Below, in pieces: positions 37,601 through 52,600 of a stretch of 64,000 nucleotides of DNA. Numbering within the stretch: the first letter of the stretch is position 1; each line of letters starts with the position of its first letter. The position numbers and the translations under genes were made by a program. The notes under the pieces are model-generated. The model worked only from the letters and a program-made list of their open reading frames with translations. It made no database searches and was not told the origin of the DNA. Origin of the DNA: Balanoglossus misakiensis (Eukaryota; Animalia; Hemichordata). Location: the NCBI GenBank assembly GCA_040954595.2, contig CM082585.2, forward strand, positions 1,488,318 to 1,552,317, written 5' to 3'.

Positions 37601-40600
37601 TTTTGAAAAAAAGTCATGGGTGAAAATCATCAAAAAATTACAAATTTTCGTCTTTGCAAAATCTCAAAATTTCGTCGAGTTTTGAAAAAAATCATGGGTG
37701 AAAATCATCAAAAAATGACAAATTTTCGACTTTGCAAAATCTCAAAATTTTGTCGATTTTTGAAAAAAAATCATGGGTGAAAATCATTAATAAATGACAA
37801 ATTTTCGACTTTGCAAAATCTCAAAATTTCGTCGATTTTTGAAAAAAAATCATGGGTGAAAATCATCAAAAAATGACAAATTTTCGACTTTGCAAAATCT
37901 CAAAATTTCGTACATTTTTGAAAAAAAATCATGGGTGAAAATCATCAAAAAATGACAAATTTTCGACTTTGCAAAATCTCAAAATTTCATCGATTTTTGA
38001 AAAAAATCACGGGTGAAAATCATCAAAAAATGACAAATTTTCGTCTTTGCTAAATCTCAAAATTTCGTCGATTTTTGAAAAAAATCATGGGTGAAAATCA
38101 TCAAAAAATGACAAATTTTCGACTTTGCAAAATCTCAAAATTTCGTACATTTTTAAAAAAAAATCATGGGTGAAATTCATCAAAAAATGACAAATTTTCG
38201 ACTTTGCAAAATCTCAAAATTTCGCCGATTTTTGAAAAAAACAATCATGGTGAAAATCATCAAAAAATGACAAATTTTCGACTTTGCAAAATCTCAAAAT
38301 GTTGTCAATTTTTTAAAAAAATCATGAGTTCGTTGATTTTTAAAAAAAAACATTGGTGTCAATTTTTGAAAAAAATCATGGGTTCGTTGATTTTTAAAAA
38401 AAAACATTGGTGAAAATCATCAAAAAATTACAAATTTTCGACTCTGCAAAATCTAAAAATTTCGTACATTTTTGAAAAAAAATCATGGGTGTAAATCATC
38501 AAAAAATGACAAATTTTCGTCTTTGCAAAATCTCAAAATTTCGTCGTTTTTTAAAAAAAAAATCATGGTGAAAATCATCAAAAAATGACAAATTGTCGAC
38601 TTTGCAAAATCTAAAAATTTTGTCGATTTTTGAAAAAAATCATGGGTGAAAATAATCAAAAAATGACAAATTTTCGACTTTGCAAAATCTCAAAATTTCG
38701 TCGATTTTTGAAAAAAATCATGGGTGAAAATCATCAAAAAATGACAAATTTTCGACTTTGCAAAATCTCAAAATTTCGTCGATTTTTGAAAAAAATCATG
38801 GGTTCGTTCAATTTTGAAAAAAACGGGTGAAAATCATCAAAAAATTACAAATTTTCGACTTTGCAAAATCTCAAAATTTTGTCGATTTTTGAAAAAAAAT
38901 CATGGGTGAAAATCATTAATAAATGACAAATTTTCGACTTTGCAAAATCTCAAAATTTCGTCGATTTTTGAAAAAAAATCATGGGTGAAAATCATCAAAA
39001 AATGACAAATTTTCGACTTTGCAAAATCTCAAAATTTCGTCGATTTTTGAGAAAAATCATGGGTGAAAATCATCAAAAAATGACAAATTTTCGACTTTGC
39101 AAAATCTCAAAATTTTGTCGATTTTTGAAAAAAAATCATGGGTTCGTTGATTTTTGAAAAAAAACATGGGTGAAAATCATCAAAAAAGTACAAATTTTCG
39201 AATTTGCAAAATCTCAAAATTTCGTCGATTTTTGAAAAAAAAACATAGGTGAAAATCATCAAAAAATGACAAATTTTCGACTTTGCAAAATCTCAAAATT
39301 TCGTAAATTTTTGAAAAAAAGTCATGGGTGAAAATCATCAAAAAATTACAAATTTTCGTCTTTGCAAAATCTCAAAATTTCGTCGAGTTTTGAAAAAAAT
39401 CATGGGTGAAAATCATCAAAAAATGACAAATTTTCGACTTTGCAAAATCTCAAAATTTTGTCGATTTTTGAAAAAAAATCATGGGTGAAAATCATCAAAA
39501 AATGACAAATTTTCGACTTTGCAAAATCTCAAAATTTCGTCGATTTTTGAGAAAAATCATGGGTGAAAATCATCAAAAAATGACAAATTTTCGACTTTGC
39601 AAAATCTCAAAATTTTGTCGATTTTTGAAAAAAAATCATGGGTTCGTTGATTTTTGAAAAAAAACATGGGTGAAAATCATCAAAAAAGTACAAATTTTCG
39701 AATTTGCAAAATCTCAAAATTTCGTCGATTTTTGAAAAAAAAACATGGGTGAAAATCATCAAAAAATGACAAATTTTCGACTTTGCAAAATCTCAAAATT
39801 TCGTAAATTTTTGAAAAAAAGTCATGGGTGAAAATCATCAAAAAATTACAAATTTTCGTCTTTGCAAAATCTTAAAATTTCGTCGAGTTTTGAAAAAAAT
39901 CATGGGTGAAAATCATCAAAAAATGACAAATTTTCGACTTTGCAAAATCTCAAAATTTTGTCGATTTTTGAAAAAAAATCATGGGTTCGTTGATTTTTTA
40001 AAAAAAACATGGGTGAAAATCATCAAAAAATTACAAATTTTCGAATTTGCAAAATCTCAAAATTTCGTCGATTTTTGAAAAAAAAACATGGGTGAAAATC
40101 ATCAAAAAATGACAAATTTTCGACTTTGCAAAATCTCAAAATTTCGTAAATTTTTGAAAAAAAGTCATGGGTGAAAATCATCAAAAAATTACAAATTTTC
40201 GTCTTTGCAAAATCTCAAAATTTCGTCGATTTTTGAAAAAAATCATGGGTGAAAATCATCAAAAAATGACAAATTTTCGACTTTGCAAAATCTCAAAATT
40301 TTGTCGATTTTTGAAAAAAAATCATGGGTTCGTTGATTTTTGAAAAAAAACATGGGTGAAAATCATCAAAAAATTACAAATTTTCGAATTTGCAAAATCT
40401 CAAAATTTCGTCGATTTTTGAAAAAAAACATGGGTGAAAATCATCAAAAAATGACAAATTTTCGACTTTGCAAAATCTCAAAATTTCGTAAATATTTGAA
40501 AAAAAGTCATGGGTGAAAATCATCAAAAAATTACAAATTTTCGTCTTTGCAAAATCTCAAAATTTCGTCGATTTTTGAAAAAAAAAATCATGGGTAAAAA

Positions 40601-43600
40601 TCATCAAAAAATAACAAATTTTCGACTTTGCAAAATCTAAAAATTTTGTCGATTTTTGAAAAAAATCATGGGTGAAAATCATCAAAAAATGACAAATTTT
40701 CGACTTTGCAAAATCTCAAAATTTCGTCGATTTTTGAGAAAAATCATGGGTGAAAATCATCAAAAAATGACAAATTTTCGACTTTGCAAAATCTCAAAAT
40801 TTTGTCGATTTTTGAAAAAAAATCATGGGTTCGTTGATTTTTGAAAAAAAACATGGGTGAAAATCATCAAAAAATTACAAATTTTCGAATTTGCAAAATC
40901 TCAAAATTTTGTCGATTTTTGAAAAAAATCATGGGTGAAAATCATCAAAAAATGACACATTTTCGACTTTGCAAAATCTCAAAATTTCGTCGATTTTTGA
41001 GAAAAATCATGGGTGAAAATCATCAAAAAATGACAAATTTTCGACTTTGCAAAATCTCAAAATTTTGTCGATTTTTGAAAAAAAATCATGGGTTCGTTGA
41101 TTTTTGAAAAAAAACATGGGTGAAAATCATCAAAAAATTACAAATTTTCGAATTTGCAAAATCTCAAAATTTTGTCGATTTTTGAAAAAAATCATGGGTG
41201 AAAATCATCAAAAAATGACACATTTTCGACTTTGCAAAATCTCAAAATTTCGTCGATTTTTGAAAAAAATCATGGGTGAAAATCATCAAAAAATTACAAA
41301 TTTTCGACTTTGCAAAATCTCAAAATTTCGTCGATTTTTGAAAAAAAAAAATCATGGGTAAAAATCATCAAAAAATTACAAATTTTCGACTTTGCAAAAT
41401 CTAAAAATTTTGTCGATTTTTGAAAAAAATCATGGGTGAAAATCATCAAAAAATGACAAATTTTCGACTTTGCAAAATCTCAAAATTTCGTAGATTTTTG
41501 AAAAAAAACATGGGTGAAAATCATCAAAAAATGACAAATTTTCGACTTTGCAAAATCTCAAATTTCGTCGATTTTTGAAAAAAATCATGGGTGAAAATCA
41601 TCAAAAAATGACAAATTTTCGTCTTTGCAAAATCCCAAAATTTGGTCGATTTTTGAAAAACAAAATCATGGGAAAAAATCATCAAAAAATGACAAATTTT
41701 CGACTTTGCAAAATCTCAAAATTTCGTAAATTTTTGAAAAAAAGTCATGGGTGAAAATCATCAAAAAATTACAAATTTTCGTCTTTGCAAAATCTCAAAA
41801 TTTCGTCGATTTTTGAAAAAAAAAATCATGGGTAAAAATCATCAAAAAATTACAAATTTTCGACTTTGCAAAATCTAAAAATTTTGTCGATTTTTGAAAA
41901 AAACAATCATGGTGAAAATCATCAAAAAATGACAAATTTTGGACTTTGCAAAATCTCAAAATGTTGTCAATTTTTTAAAAAATTCATGAGTTCGTTGATT
42001 TTAAAAAAAAAACATTGGTGTCAATTTTTGAAAAAAATCATGGGTTCGTTGATTTTTAAAAAAAAACATTGGTGAAAATCATCAAAAAATTACAAATTTT
42101 CGACTTTGCAAAATCTCAAAATTTCGTACATTTTTGAAAAAAAATCATGGGTGAAAATCATCAAAAAATGACAAATTTTCGACTTTGCAAAATCTCAAAA
42201 TTTCATCGATTTTTGAAAAAAATCACGGGTGAAAATCATCAAAAAATGACAAATTTTCGTCTTTGCTAAATCTCAAAATTTCGTCGATTTTTGAAAAAAA
42301 TCATGGGTGAAAATCATCAAAAAATGACAAATTTTCGACTTTGCAAAATCTCAAAATTTCGTACATTTTTAAAAAAAAATCATGGGTGAAATTCATCAAA
42401 AAATGACAAATTTTCGACTTTGCAAAATCTCAAAATTTCGCCGATTTTTGAAAAAAACAATCATGGTGAAAATCATCAAAAAATGACAAATTTTCGACTT
42501 TGCAAAATCTCAAAATGTTGTCAATTTTTTAAAAAAATCATGAGTTCGTTGATTTTTAAAAAAAAACATTGGTGTCAATTTTTGAAAAAAATCATGGGTT
42601 CGTTGATTTTTAAAAAAAAACATTGGTGAAAATCATCAAAAAATTACAAATTTTCGACTCTGCAAAATCTAAAAATTTCGTACATTTTTGAAAAAAAATC
42701 ATGGGTGTAAATCATCAAAAAATGACAAATTTTCGTCTTTGCAAAATCTCAAAATTTCGTCGTTTTTTAAAAAAAAAATCATGGTGAAAATCATCAAAAA
42801 ATGACAAATTGTCGACTTTGCAAAATCTAAAAATTTTGTCGATTTTTGAAAAAAATCATGGGTGAAAATAATCAAAAAATGACAAATTTTCGACTTTGCA
42901 AAATCTCAAAATTTCGTCGATTTTTGAAAAAAATCATGGGTGAAAATCATCAAAAAATGACAAATTTTCGACTTTGCAAAATCTCAAAATTTCGTCGATT
43001 TTTGAAAAAAATCATGGGTTCGTTCAATTTTGAAAAAAACGGGTGAAAATCATCAAAAAATTACAAATTTTCGACTTTGCAAAATCTCAAAATTTTGTCG
43101 ATTTTTGAAAAAAAATCATGGGTGAAAATCATTAATAAATGACAAATTTTCGACTTTGCAAAATCTCAAAATTTCGTCGATTTTTGAAAAAAAATCATGG
43201 GTGAAAATCATCAAAAAATGACAAATTTTCGACTTTGCAAAATCTCAAAATTTCGTCGATTTTTGAGAAAAATCATGGGTGAAAATCATCAAAAAATGAC
43301 AAATTTTCGACTTTGCAAAATCTCAAAATTTTGTCGATTTTTGAAAAAAAATCATGGGTTCGTTGATTTTTGAAAAAAAACATGGGTGAAAATCATCAAA
43401 AAAGTACAAATTTTCGAATTTGCAAAATCTCAAAATTTCGTCGATTTTTGAAAAAAAAACATAGGTGAAAATCATCAAAAAATGACAAATTTTCGACTTT
43501 GCAAAATCTCAAAATTTCGTAAATTTTTGAAAAAAAGTCATGGGTGAAAATCATCAAAAAATTACAAATTTTCGTCTTTGCAAAATCTCAAAATTTCGTC

Positions 43601-46600
43601 GAGTTTTGAAAAAAATCATGGGTGAAAATCATCAAAAAATGACAAATTTTCGACTTTGCAAAATCTCAAAATTTTGTCGATTTTTGAAAAAAAATCATGG
43701 GTGAAAATCATTAATAAATGACAAATTTTCGACTTTGCAAAATCTCAAAATTTCGTCGATTTTTGAAAAAAAATCATGGGTGAAAATCATCAAAAAATGA
43801 CAAATTTTCGACTTTGCAAAATCTCAAAATTTCGTCGATTTTTGAGAAAAATCATGGGTGAAAATCATCAAAAAATGACAAATTTTCGACTTTGCAAAAT
43901 CTCAAAATTTTGTCGATTTTTGAAAAAAAATCATGGGTTCGTTGATTTTTGAAAAAAAACATGGGTGAAAATCATCAAAAAAGTACAAATTTTCGAATTT
44001 GCAAAATCTCAAAATTTCGTCGATTTTTGAAAAAAAAACATGGGTGAAAATCATCAAAAAATGACAAATTTTCGACTTTGCAAAATCTCAAAATTTCGTA
44101 AATTTTTGAAAAAAAGTCATGGGTGAAAATCATCAAAAAATTACAAATTTTCGTCTTTGCAAAATCTTAAAATTTCGTCGAGTTTTGAAAAAAATCATGG
44201 GTGAAAATCATCAAAAAATGACAAATTTTCGACTTTGCAAAATCTCAAAATTTTGTCGATTTTTGAAAAAAAATCATGGGTTCGTTGATTTTTTAAAAAA
44301 AACATGGGTGAAAATCATCAAAAAATTACAAATTTTCGAATTTGCAAAATCTCAAAATTTCGTCGATTTTTGAAAAAAAAAACATGGGTGAAAATCATCA
44401 AAAAATGACAAATTTTCGACTTTGCAAAATCTCAAAATTTCGTAAATTTTTGAAAAAAAGTCATGGGTGAAAATCATCAAAAAATTACAAATTTTCGTCT
44501 TTGCAAAATCTCAAAATTTCGTCGATTTTTGAAAAAAATCATGGGTGAAAATCATCAAAAAATGACAAATTTTCGACTTTGCAAAATCTCAAAATTTTGT
44601 CGATTTTTGAAAAAAAATCATGGGTTCGTTGATTTTTGAAAAAAAACATGGGTGAAAATCATCAAAAAATTACAAATTTTCGAATTTGCAAAATCTCAAA
44701 ATTTCGTCGATTTTTGAAAAAAAACATGGGTGAAAATCATCAAAAAATGACAAATTTTCGACTTTGCAAAATCTCAAAATTTCGTAAATATTTGAAAAAA
44801 AGTCATGGGTGAAAATCATCAAAAAATTACAAATTTTCGTCTTTGCAAAATCTCAAAATTTCGTCGATTTTTGAAAAAAAAAATCATGGGTAAAAATCAT
44901 CAAAAAATAACAAATTTTCGACTTTGCAAAATCTAAAAATTTTGTCGATTTTTGAAAAAAATCATGGGTGAAAATCATCAAAAAATGACAAATTTTCGAC
45001 TTTGCAAAATCTCAAAATTTCGTCGATTTTTGAGAAAAATCATGGGTGAAAATCATCAAAAAATGACAAATTTTCGACTTTGCAAAATCTCAAAATTTTG
45101 TCGATTTTTGAAAAAAAATCATGGGTTCGTTGATTTTTGAAAAAAAACATGGGTGAAAATCATCAAAAAATTACAAATTTTCGAATTTGCAAAATCTCAA
45201 AATTTTGTCGATTTTTGAAAAAAATCATGGGTGAAAATCATCAAAAAATGACACATTTTCGACTTTGCAAAATCTCAAAATTTCGTCGATTTTTGAGAAA
45301 AATCATGGGTGAAAATCATCAAAAAATGACAAATTTTCGACTTTGCAAAATCTCAAAATTTTGTCGATTTTTGAAAAAAAATCATGGGTTCGTTGATTTT
45401 TGAAAAAAAACATGGGTGAAAATCATCAAAAAATTACAAATTTTCGAATTTGCAAAATCTCAAAATTTTGTCGATTTTTGAAAAAAATCATGGGTGAAAA
45501 TCATCAAAAAATGACACATTTTCGACTTTGCAAAATCTCAAAATTTCGTCGATTTTTGAAAAAAATCATGGGTGAAAATCATCAAAAAATTACAAATTTT
45601 CGACTTTGCAAAATCTCAAAATTTCGTCGATTTTTGAAAAAAAAAAAATCATGGGTAAAAATCATCAAAAAATTACAAATTTTCGACTTTGCAAAATCTA
45701 AAAATTTTGTCGATTTTTGAAAAAAATCATGGGTGAAAATCATCAAAAAATGACAAATTTTCGACTTTGCAAAATCTCAAAATTTCGTAGATTTTTGAAA
45801 AAAAACATGGGTGAAAATCATCAAAAAATGACAAATTTTCGACTTTGCAAAATCTCAAATTTCGTCGATTTTTGAAAAAAATCATGGGTGAAAATCATCA
45901 AAAAATGACAAATTTTCGTCTTTGCAAAATCCCAAAATTTGGTCGATTTTTGAAAAACAAAATCATGGGAAAAAATCATCAAAAAATGACAAATTTTCGA
46001 CTTTGCAAAATCTCAAAATTTCGTAAATTTTTGAAAAAAAGTCATGGGTGAAAATCATCAAAAAATTACAAATTTTCGTCTTTGCAAAATCTCAAAATTT
46101 CGTCGATTTTTGAAAAAAAAAATCATGGGTAAAAATCATCAAAAAATTACAAATTTTCGACTTTGCAAAATCTAAAAATTTTGTCGATTTTTGAAAAAAA
46201 CAATCATGGTGAAAATCATCAAAAAATGACAAATTTTGGACTTTGCAAAATCTCAAAATGTTGTCAATTTTTTAAAAAATTCATGAGTTCGTTGATTTTA
46301 AAAAAAAAACATTGGTGTCAATTTTTGAAAAAAATCATGGGTTCGTTGATTTTTAAAAAAAAACATTGGTGAAAATCATCAAAAAATTACAAATTTTCGA
46401 CTTTGCAAAATCTCAAAATTTCGTACATTTTTGAAAAAAAATCATGGGTGAAAATCATCAAAAAATGACAAATTTTCGACTTTGCAAAATCTCAAAATTT
46501 CATCGATTTTTGAAAAAAATCACGGGTGAAAATCATCAAAAAATGACAAATTTTCGTCTTTGCTAAATCTCAAAATTTCGTCGATTTTTGAAAAAAATCA

Positions 46601-49600
46601 TGGGTGAAAATCATCAAAAAATGACAAATTTTCGACTTTGCAAAATCTCAAAATTTCGTACATTTTTAAAAAAAAATCATGGGTGAAATTCATCAAAAAA
46701 TGACAAATTTTCGACTTTGCAAAATCTCAAAATTTCGCCGATTTTTGAAAAAAACAATCATGGTGAAAATCATCAAAAAATGACAAATTTTCGACTTTGC
46801 AAAATCTCAAAATGTTGTCAATTTTTTAAAAAAATCATGAGTTCGTTGATTTTTAAAAAAAAACATTGGTGTCAATTTTTGAAAAAAATCATGGGTTCGT
46901 TGATTTTTAAAAAAAAACATTGGTGAAAATCATCAAAAAATTACAAATTTTCGACTCTGCAAAATCTAAAAATTTCGTACATTTTTGAAAAAAAATCATG
47001 GGTGTAAATCATCAAAAAATGACAAATTTTCGTCTTTGCAAAATCTCAAAATTTCGTCGTTTTTTAAAAAAAAAATCATGGTGAAAATCATCAAAAAATG
47101 ACAAATTGTCGACTTTGCAAAATCTAAAAATTTTGTCGATTTTTGAAAAAAATCATGGGTGAAAATAATCAAAAAATGACAAATTTTCGACTTTGCAAAA
47201 TCTCAAAATTTCGTCGATTTTTGAAAAAAATCATGGGTGAAAATCATCAAAAAATGACAAATTTTCGACTTTGCAAAATCTCAAAATTTCGTCGATTTTT
47301 GAAAAAAATCATGGGTTCGTTCAATTTTGAAAAAAACGGGTGAAAATCATCAAAAAATTACAAATTTTCGACTTTGCAAAATCTCAAAATTTTGTCGATT
47401 TTTGAAAAAAAATCATGGGTGAAAATCATTAATAAATGACAAATTTTCGACTTTGCAAAATCTCAAAATTTCGTCGATTTTTGAAAAAAAATCATGGGTG
47501 AAAATCATCAAAAAATGACAAATTTTCGACTTTGCAAAATCTCAAAATTTCGTCGATTTTTGAGAAAAATCATGGGTGAAAATCATCAAAAAATGACAAA
47601 TTTTCGACTTTGCAAAATCTCAAAATTTTGTCGATTTTTGAAAAAAAATCATGGGTTCGTTGATTTTTGAAAAAAAACATGGGTGAAAATCATCAAAAAA
47701 GTACAAATTTTCGAATTTGCAAAATCTCAAAATTTCGTCGATTTTTGAAAAAAAAACATAGGTGAAAATCATCAAAAAATGACAAATTTTCGACTTTGCA
47801 AAATCTCAAAATTTCGTAAATTTTTGAAAAAAAGTCATGGGTGAAAATCATCAAAAAATTACAAATTTTCGTCTTTGCAAAATCTCAAAATTTCGTCGAG
47901 TTTTGAAAAAAATCATGGGTGAAAATCATCAAAAAATGACAAATTTTCGACTTTGCAAAATCTCAAAATTTTGTCGATTTTTGAAAAAAAATCATGGGTG
48001 AAAATCATTAATAAATGACAAATTTTCGACTTTGCAAAATCTCAAAATTTCGTCGATTTTTGAAAAAAAATCATGGGTGAAAATCATCAAAAAATGACAA
48101 ATTTTCGACTTTGCAAAATCTCAAAATTTCGTCGATTTTTGAGAAAAATCATGGGTGAAAATCATCAAAAAATGACAAATTTTCGACTTTGCAAAATCTC
48201 AAAATTTTGTCGATTTTTGAAAAAAAATCATGGGTTCGTTGATTTTTGAAAAAAAACATGGGTGAAAATCATCAAAAAAGTACAAATTTTCGAATTTGCA
48301 AAATCTCAAAATTTCGTCGATTTTTGAAAAAAAAACATGGGTGAAAATCATCAAAAAATGACAAATTTTCGACTTTGCAAAATCTCAAAATTTCGTAAAT
48401 TTTTGAAAAAAAGTCATGGGTGAAAATCATCAAAAAATTACAAATTTTCGTCTTTGCAAAATCTTAAAATTTCGTCGAGTTTTGAAAAAAATCATGGGTG
48501 AAAATCATCAAAAAATGACAAATTTTCGACTTTGCAAAATCTCAAAATTTTGTCGATTTTTGAAAAAAAATCATGGGTTCGTTGATTTTTTAAAAAAAAC
48601 ATGGGTGAAAATCATCAAAAAATTACAAATTTTCGAATTTGCAAAATCTCAAAATTTCGTCGATTTTTGAAAAAAAAACATGGGTGAAAATCATCAAAAA
48701 ATGACAAATTTTCGACTTTGCAAAATCTCAAAATTTCGTAAATTTTTGAAAAAAAGTCATGGGTGAAAATCATCAAAAAATTACAAATTTTCGTCTTTGC
48801 AAAATCTCAAAATTTCGTCGATTTTTGAAAAAAATCATGGGTGAAAATCATCAAAAAATGACAAATTTTCGACTTTGCAAAATCTCAAAATTTTGTCGAT
48901 TTTTGAAAAAAAATCATGGGTTCGTTGATTTTTGAAAAAAAACATGGGTGAAAATCATCAAAAAATTACAAATTTTCGAATTTGCAAAATCTCAAAATTT
49001 CGTCGATTTTTGAAAAAAAACATGGGTGAAAATCATCAAAAAATGACAAATTTTCGACTTTGCAAAATCTCAAAATTTCGTAAATATTTGAAAAAAAGTC
49101 ATGGGTGAAAATCATCAAAAAATTACAAATTTTCGTCTTTGCAAAATCTCAAAATTTCGTCGATTTTTGAAAAAAAAAATCATGGGTAAAAATCATCAAA
49201 AAATAACAAATTTTCGACTTTGCAAAATCTAAAAATTTTGTCGATTTTTGAAAAAAATCATGGGTGAAAATCATCAAAAAATGACAAATTTTCGACTTTG
49301 CAAAATCTCAAAATTTCGTCGATTTTTGAAAAAAATCATGGGTTCGTTCAATTTTGAAAAAAAACATGGGTGAAAATCATCAAAAAATTACAAATTTTCG
49401 ACTTTGCAAAATCTCAAAATTTTGTCGATTTTTGAAAAAAAATCATGGGTGAAAATCATTAATAAATGACAAATTTTCGACTTTGCAAAATCTCAAAATT
49501 TCGTCGATTTTTGAAAAAAAATCATGGGTGAAAATCATCAAAAAATTACAAATTTTCGACTTTGCAAAATCTCAAAATTTCGTCGATTTTTGAGAAAAAT

Positions 49601-52600
49601 CATGGGTGAAAATCATCAAAAAATGACAAATTTTCGACTTTGCAAAAACTCAAAATTTTGTCGATTTTTGAAAAAAAATCATGGGTTCGTTGATTTTTGA
49701 AAAAAAACATGGGTGAAAATCATCAAAAAATTACAAATTTTCGAATTTGCAAAATCTCAAAATTTTGTCGATTTTTGAAAAAAATCATGGGTGAAAATAA
49801 TCAAAAAATTACAAATTTTCGACTTTGCAAAATCTAAAAATTTTGTCGATTTTTGAAAAAAATCATGGGTGAAAATCATCAAAAAATGACAAATTTTCGA
49901 CTATGCAAAATCTCAAAATTTAGTCGATTTTTGAAAAAAATCATGGGTTCGTTCAATTTTGAAAAAAAACATGGGTGAAAATCATCAAAAAATATCAAAT
50001 TTTCGACTTTGCAAAATCTCAAAATTTTGTCGATTTTTGAAAAAAAATCATGGGTGAAAATCACTAATAAATGACAAATTTTCGACTTTGCAAAATCTCA
50101 AAATTTCGTCGATTTTTGAAAAAAAATCATAGGTGAAAATCATCAAAAAATTACAAATTTTCGACTTTGCAAAATCTCAAAATTTCGTCGATTTTTGAGA
50201 AAAATCATGGGTGAAAATCATCAAAAAATGACAAATTTTCGACTTTGCAAAATCTCAAAATTTTGTCGATTTTTGAAAAAAAATCATGGGTTCGTTGATT
50301 TTTGAAAAAAAACATGGGTGAAAATCATCAAAAAATTACAAATTTTCGAATTTGCAAAATCTCAAAATTTCTTAAATTTTTGAAAAAAAGTCATGGGTGA
50401 AAATCATCAAAAAATTACAAATTTTCGTCTTTGCAAAATCTCAAAATTTCGTCGATTTTTGAAAAAAAAAATCATGGGTAAAAATCATCAAAAAATTACA
50501 AATTTTCGACTTTGCAAAATCTAAAAATTTTGTCGATTTTTGAAAAAAATCATGGGTGAAAATCATCAAAAAATGACAAATTTTCGACTTTGCAAAATCT
50601 CAAATTTCGTCGATTTTTGAAAAGAATCATGGGTGAAAATCATCAAAAAATGACAAATTTTCGACTTTGCAAAATCTCAAAATTTTGTCGATTTTTGAAA
50701 AAAAATCATGGGTGAAAATCATTAATAAATGACAAATTTTCGACTTTGCAAAATCTCAAAATTTCGTCGATTTTTGAAAAAAAATCATGGGTGAAAATCA
50801 TCAAAAAATTACAAATTTTCGACTTTGCAAAATCTCAAAATTTCGTCGATTTTTGAGAAAAATCATGGGTGAAAATCATCAAAAAATGACAAATTTTCGA
50901 CTTTGCAAAAACTCAAAATTTTGTCGATTTTTGAAAAAAAATCATGGGTTCGTTGATTTTTGAAAAAAAACATGGGTGAAAATCATCAAAAAATTACAAA
51001 TTTTCGAATTTGCAAAATCTCAAAATTTTGTCGATTTTTGAAAAAAATCATGGGTGAAAATAATCAAAAAATTACAAATTTTCGACTTTGCAAAATCTAA
51101 AAATTTTGTCGATTTTTGAAAAAAATCATGGGTGAAAATCATCAAAAAATGACAAATTTTCGACTATGCAAAATCTCAAAATTTAGTCGATTTTTGAAAA
51201 AAATCATGGGTTCGTTCAATTTTGAAAAAAAACATGGGTGAAAATCATCAAAAAATATCAAATTTTCGACTTTGCAAAATCTCAAAATTTTGTCGATTTT
51301 TGAAAAAAAATCATGGGTGAAAATCACTAATAAATGACAAATTTTCGACTTTGCAAAATCTCAAAATTTCGTCGATTTTTGAAAAAAAATCATAGGTGAA
51401 AATCATCAAAAAATTACAAATTTTCGACTTTGCAAAATCTCAAAATTTCGTCGATTTTTGAGAAAAATCATGGGTGAAAATCATCAAAAAATGACAAATT
51501 TTCGACTTTGCAAAATCTCAAAATTTTGTCGATTTTTGAAAAAAAATCATGGGTTCGTTGATTTTTGAAAAAAAACATGGGTGAAAATCATCAAAAAATT
51601 ACAAATTTTCGAATTTGCAAAATCTCAAAATTTCTTAAATTTTTGAAAAAAAGTCATGGGTGAAAATCATCAAAAAATTACAAATTTTCGTCTTTGCAAA
51701 ATCTCAAAATTTCGTCGATTTTTGAAAAAAAAAATCATGGGTAAAAATCATCAAAAAATTACAAATTTTCGACTTTGCAAAATCTAAAAATTTTGTCGAT
51801 TTTTGAAAAAAATCATGGGTGAAAATCATCAAAAAATGACAAATTTTCGACTTTGCAAAATCTCAAAATTTCGTAGATTTTTGAAAAAAAAAATCATGGG
51901 TAAAAATCATCAAAAAATTACAAATTTTCGACTTTGCAAAATCTAAAAATTTTGTCGATTTTTGAAAACAATCATGGGTGAAAATCATCAAAAAATGACA
52001 AATTTTCGACTTTGCAAAATCTCAAAATTTTGTCGATTTTTGAAAAAAAATCATGGGTGAAAATCATTAATAAATGACAAATTTTCGACTTTGCAAAATC
52101 TCAAAATTTCGTCGATTTTTGAAAAAAAATCATGGGTGAAAATCATCAAAAAATTACAAATTTTCGACTTTGCAAAATCTCAAAATTTCGTCGATTTTTG
52201 AGAAAAATCATGGGTGAAAATCATCAAAAAATGACAAATTTTCGACTTTGCAAAATCTCAAAATTTTGTCGATTTTTGAAAAAAATCATGGGTTCGTTCA
52301 ATTTTGAAAAAAAACATGGGTGAAAATCATCAAAAAATTACAAATTTTCGACTTTGCAAAATCTCAAAATTTCGTCGATTTTTGAAAAAAAATCATGGGT
52401 GAAAATCATCAAAAAATTACAAATTTTCGACTTTGCAAAATCTCAAAATTTTGTCGATTTTTGAAAAAAAATCATGGGTTCGTTGATTTTTGAAAAAAAA
52501 CATGGGTGAAAATCATCAAAAAATTACAAATTTTCGAATTTGCAAAATCACAAAATTTCGTCGATTTTTGAAAAAAAAACATGGGTGAAAATCATCAAAA

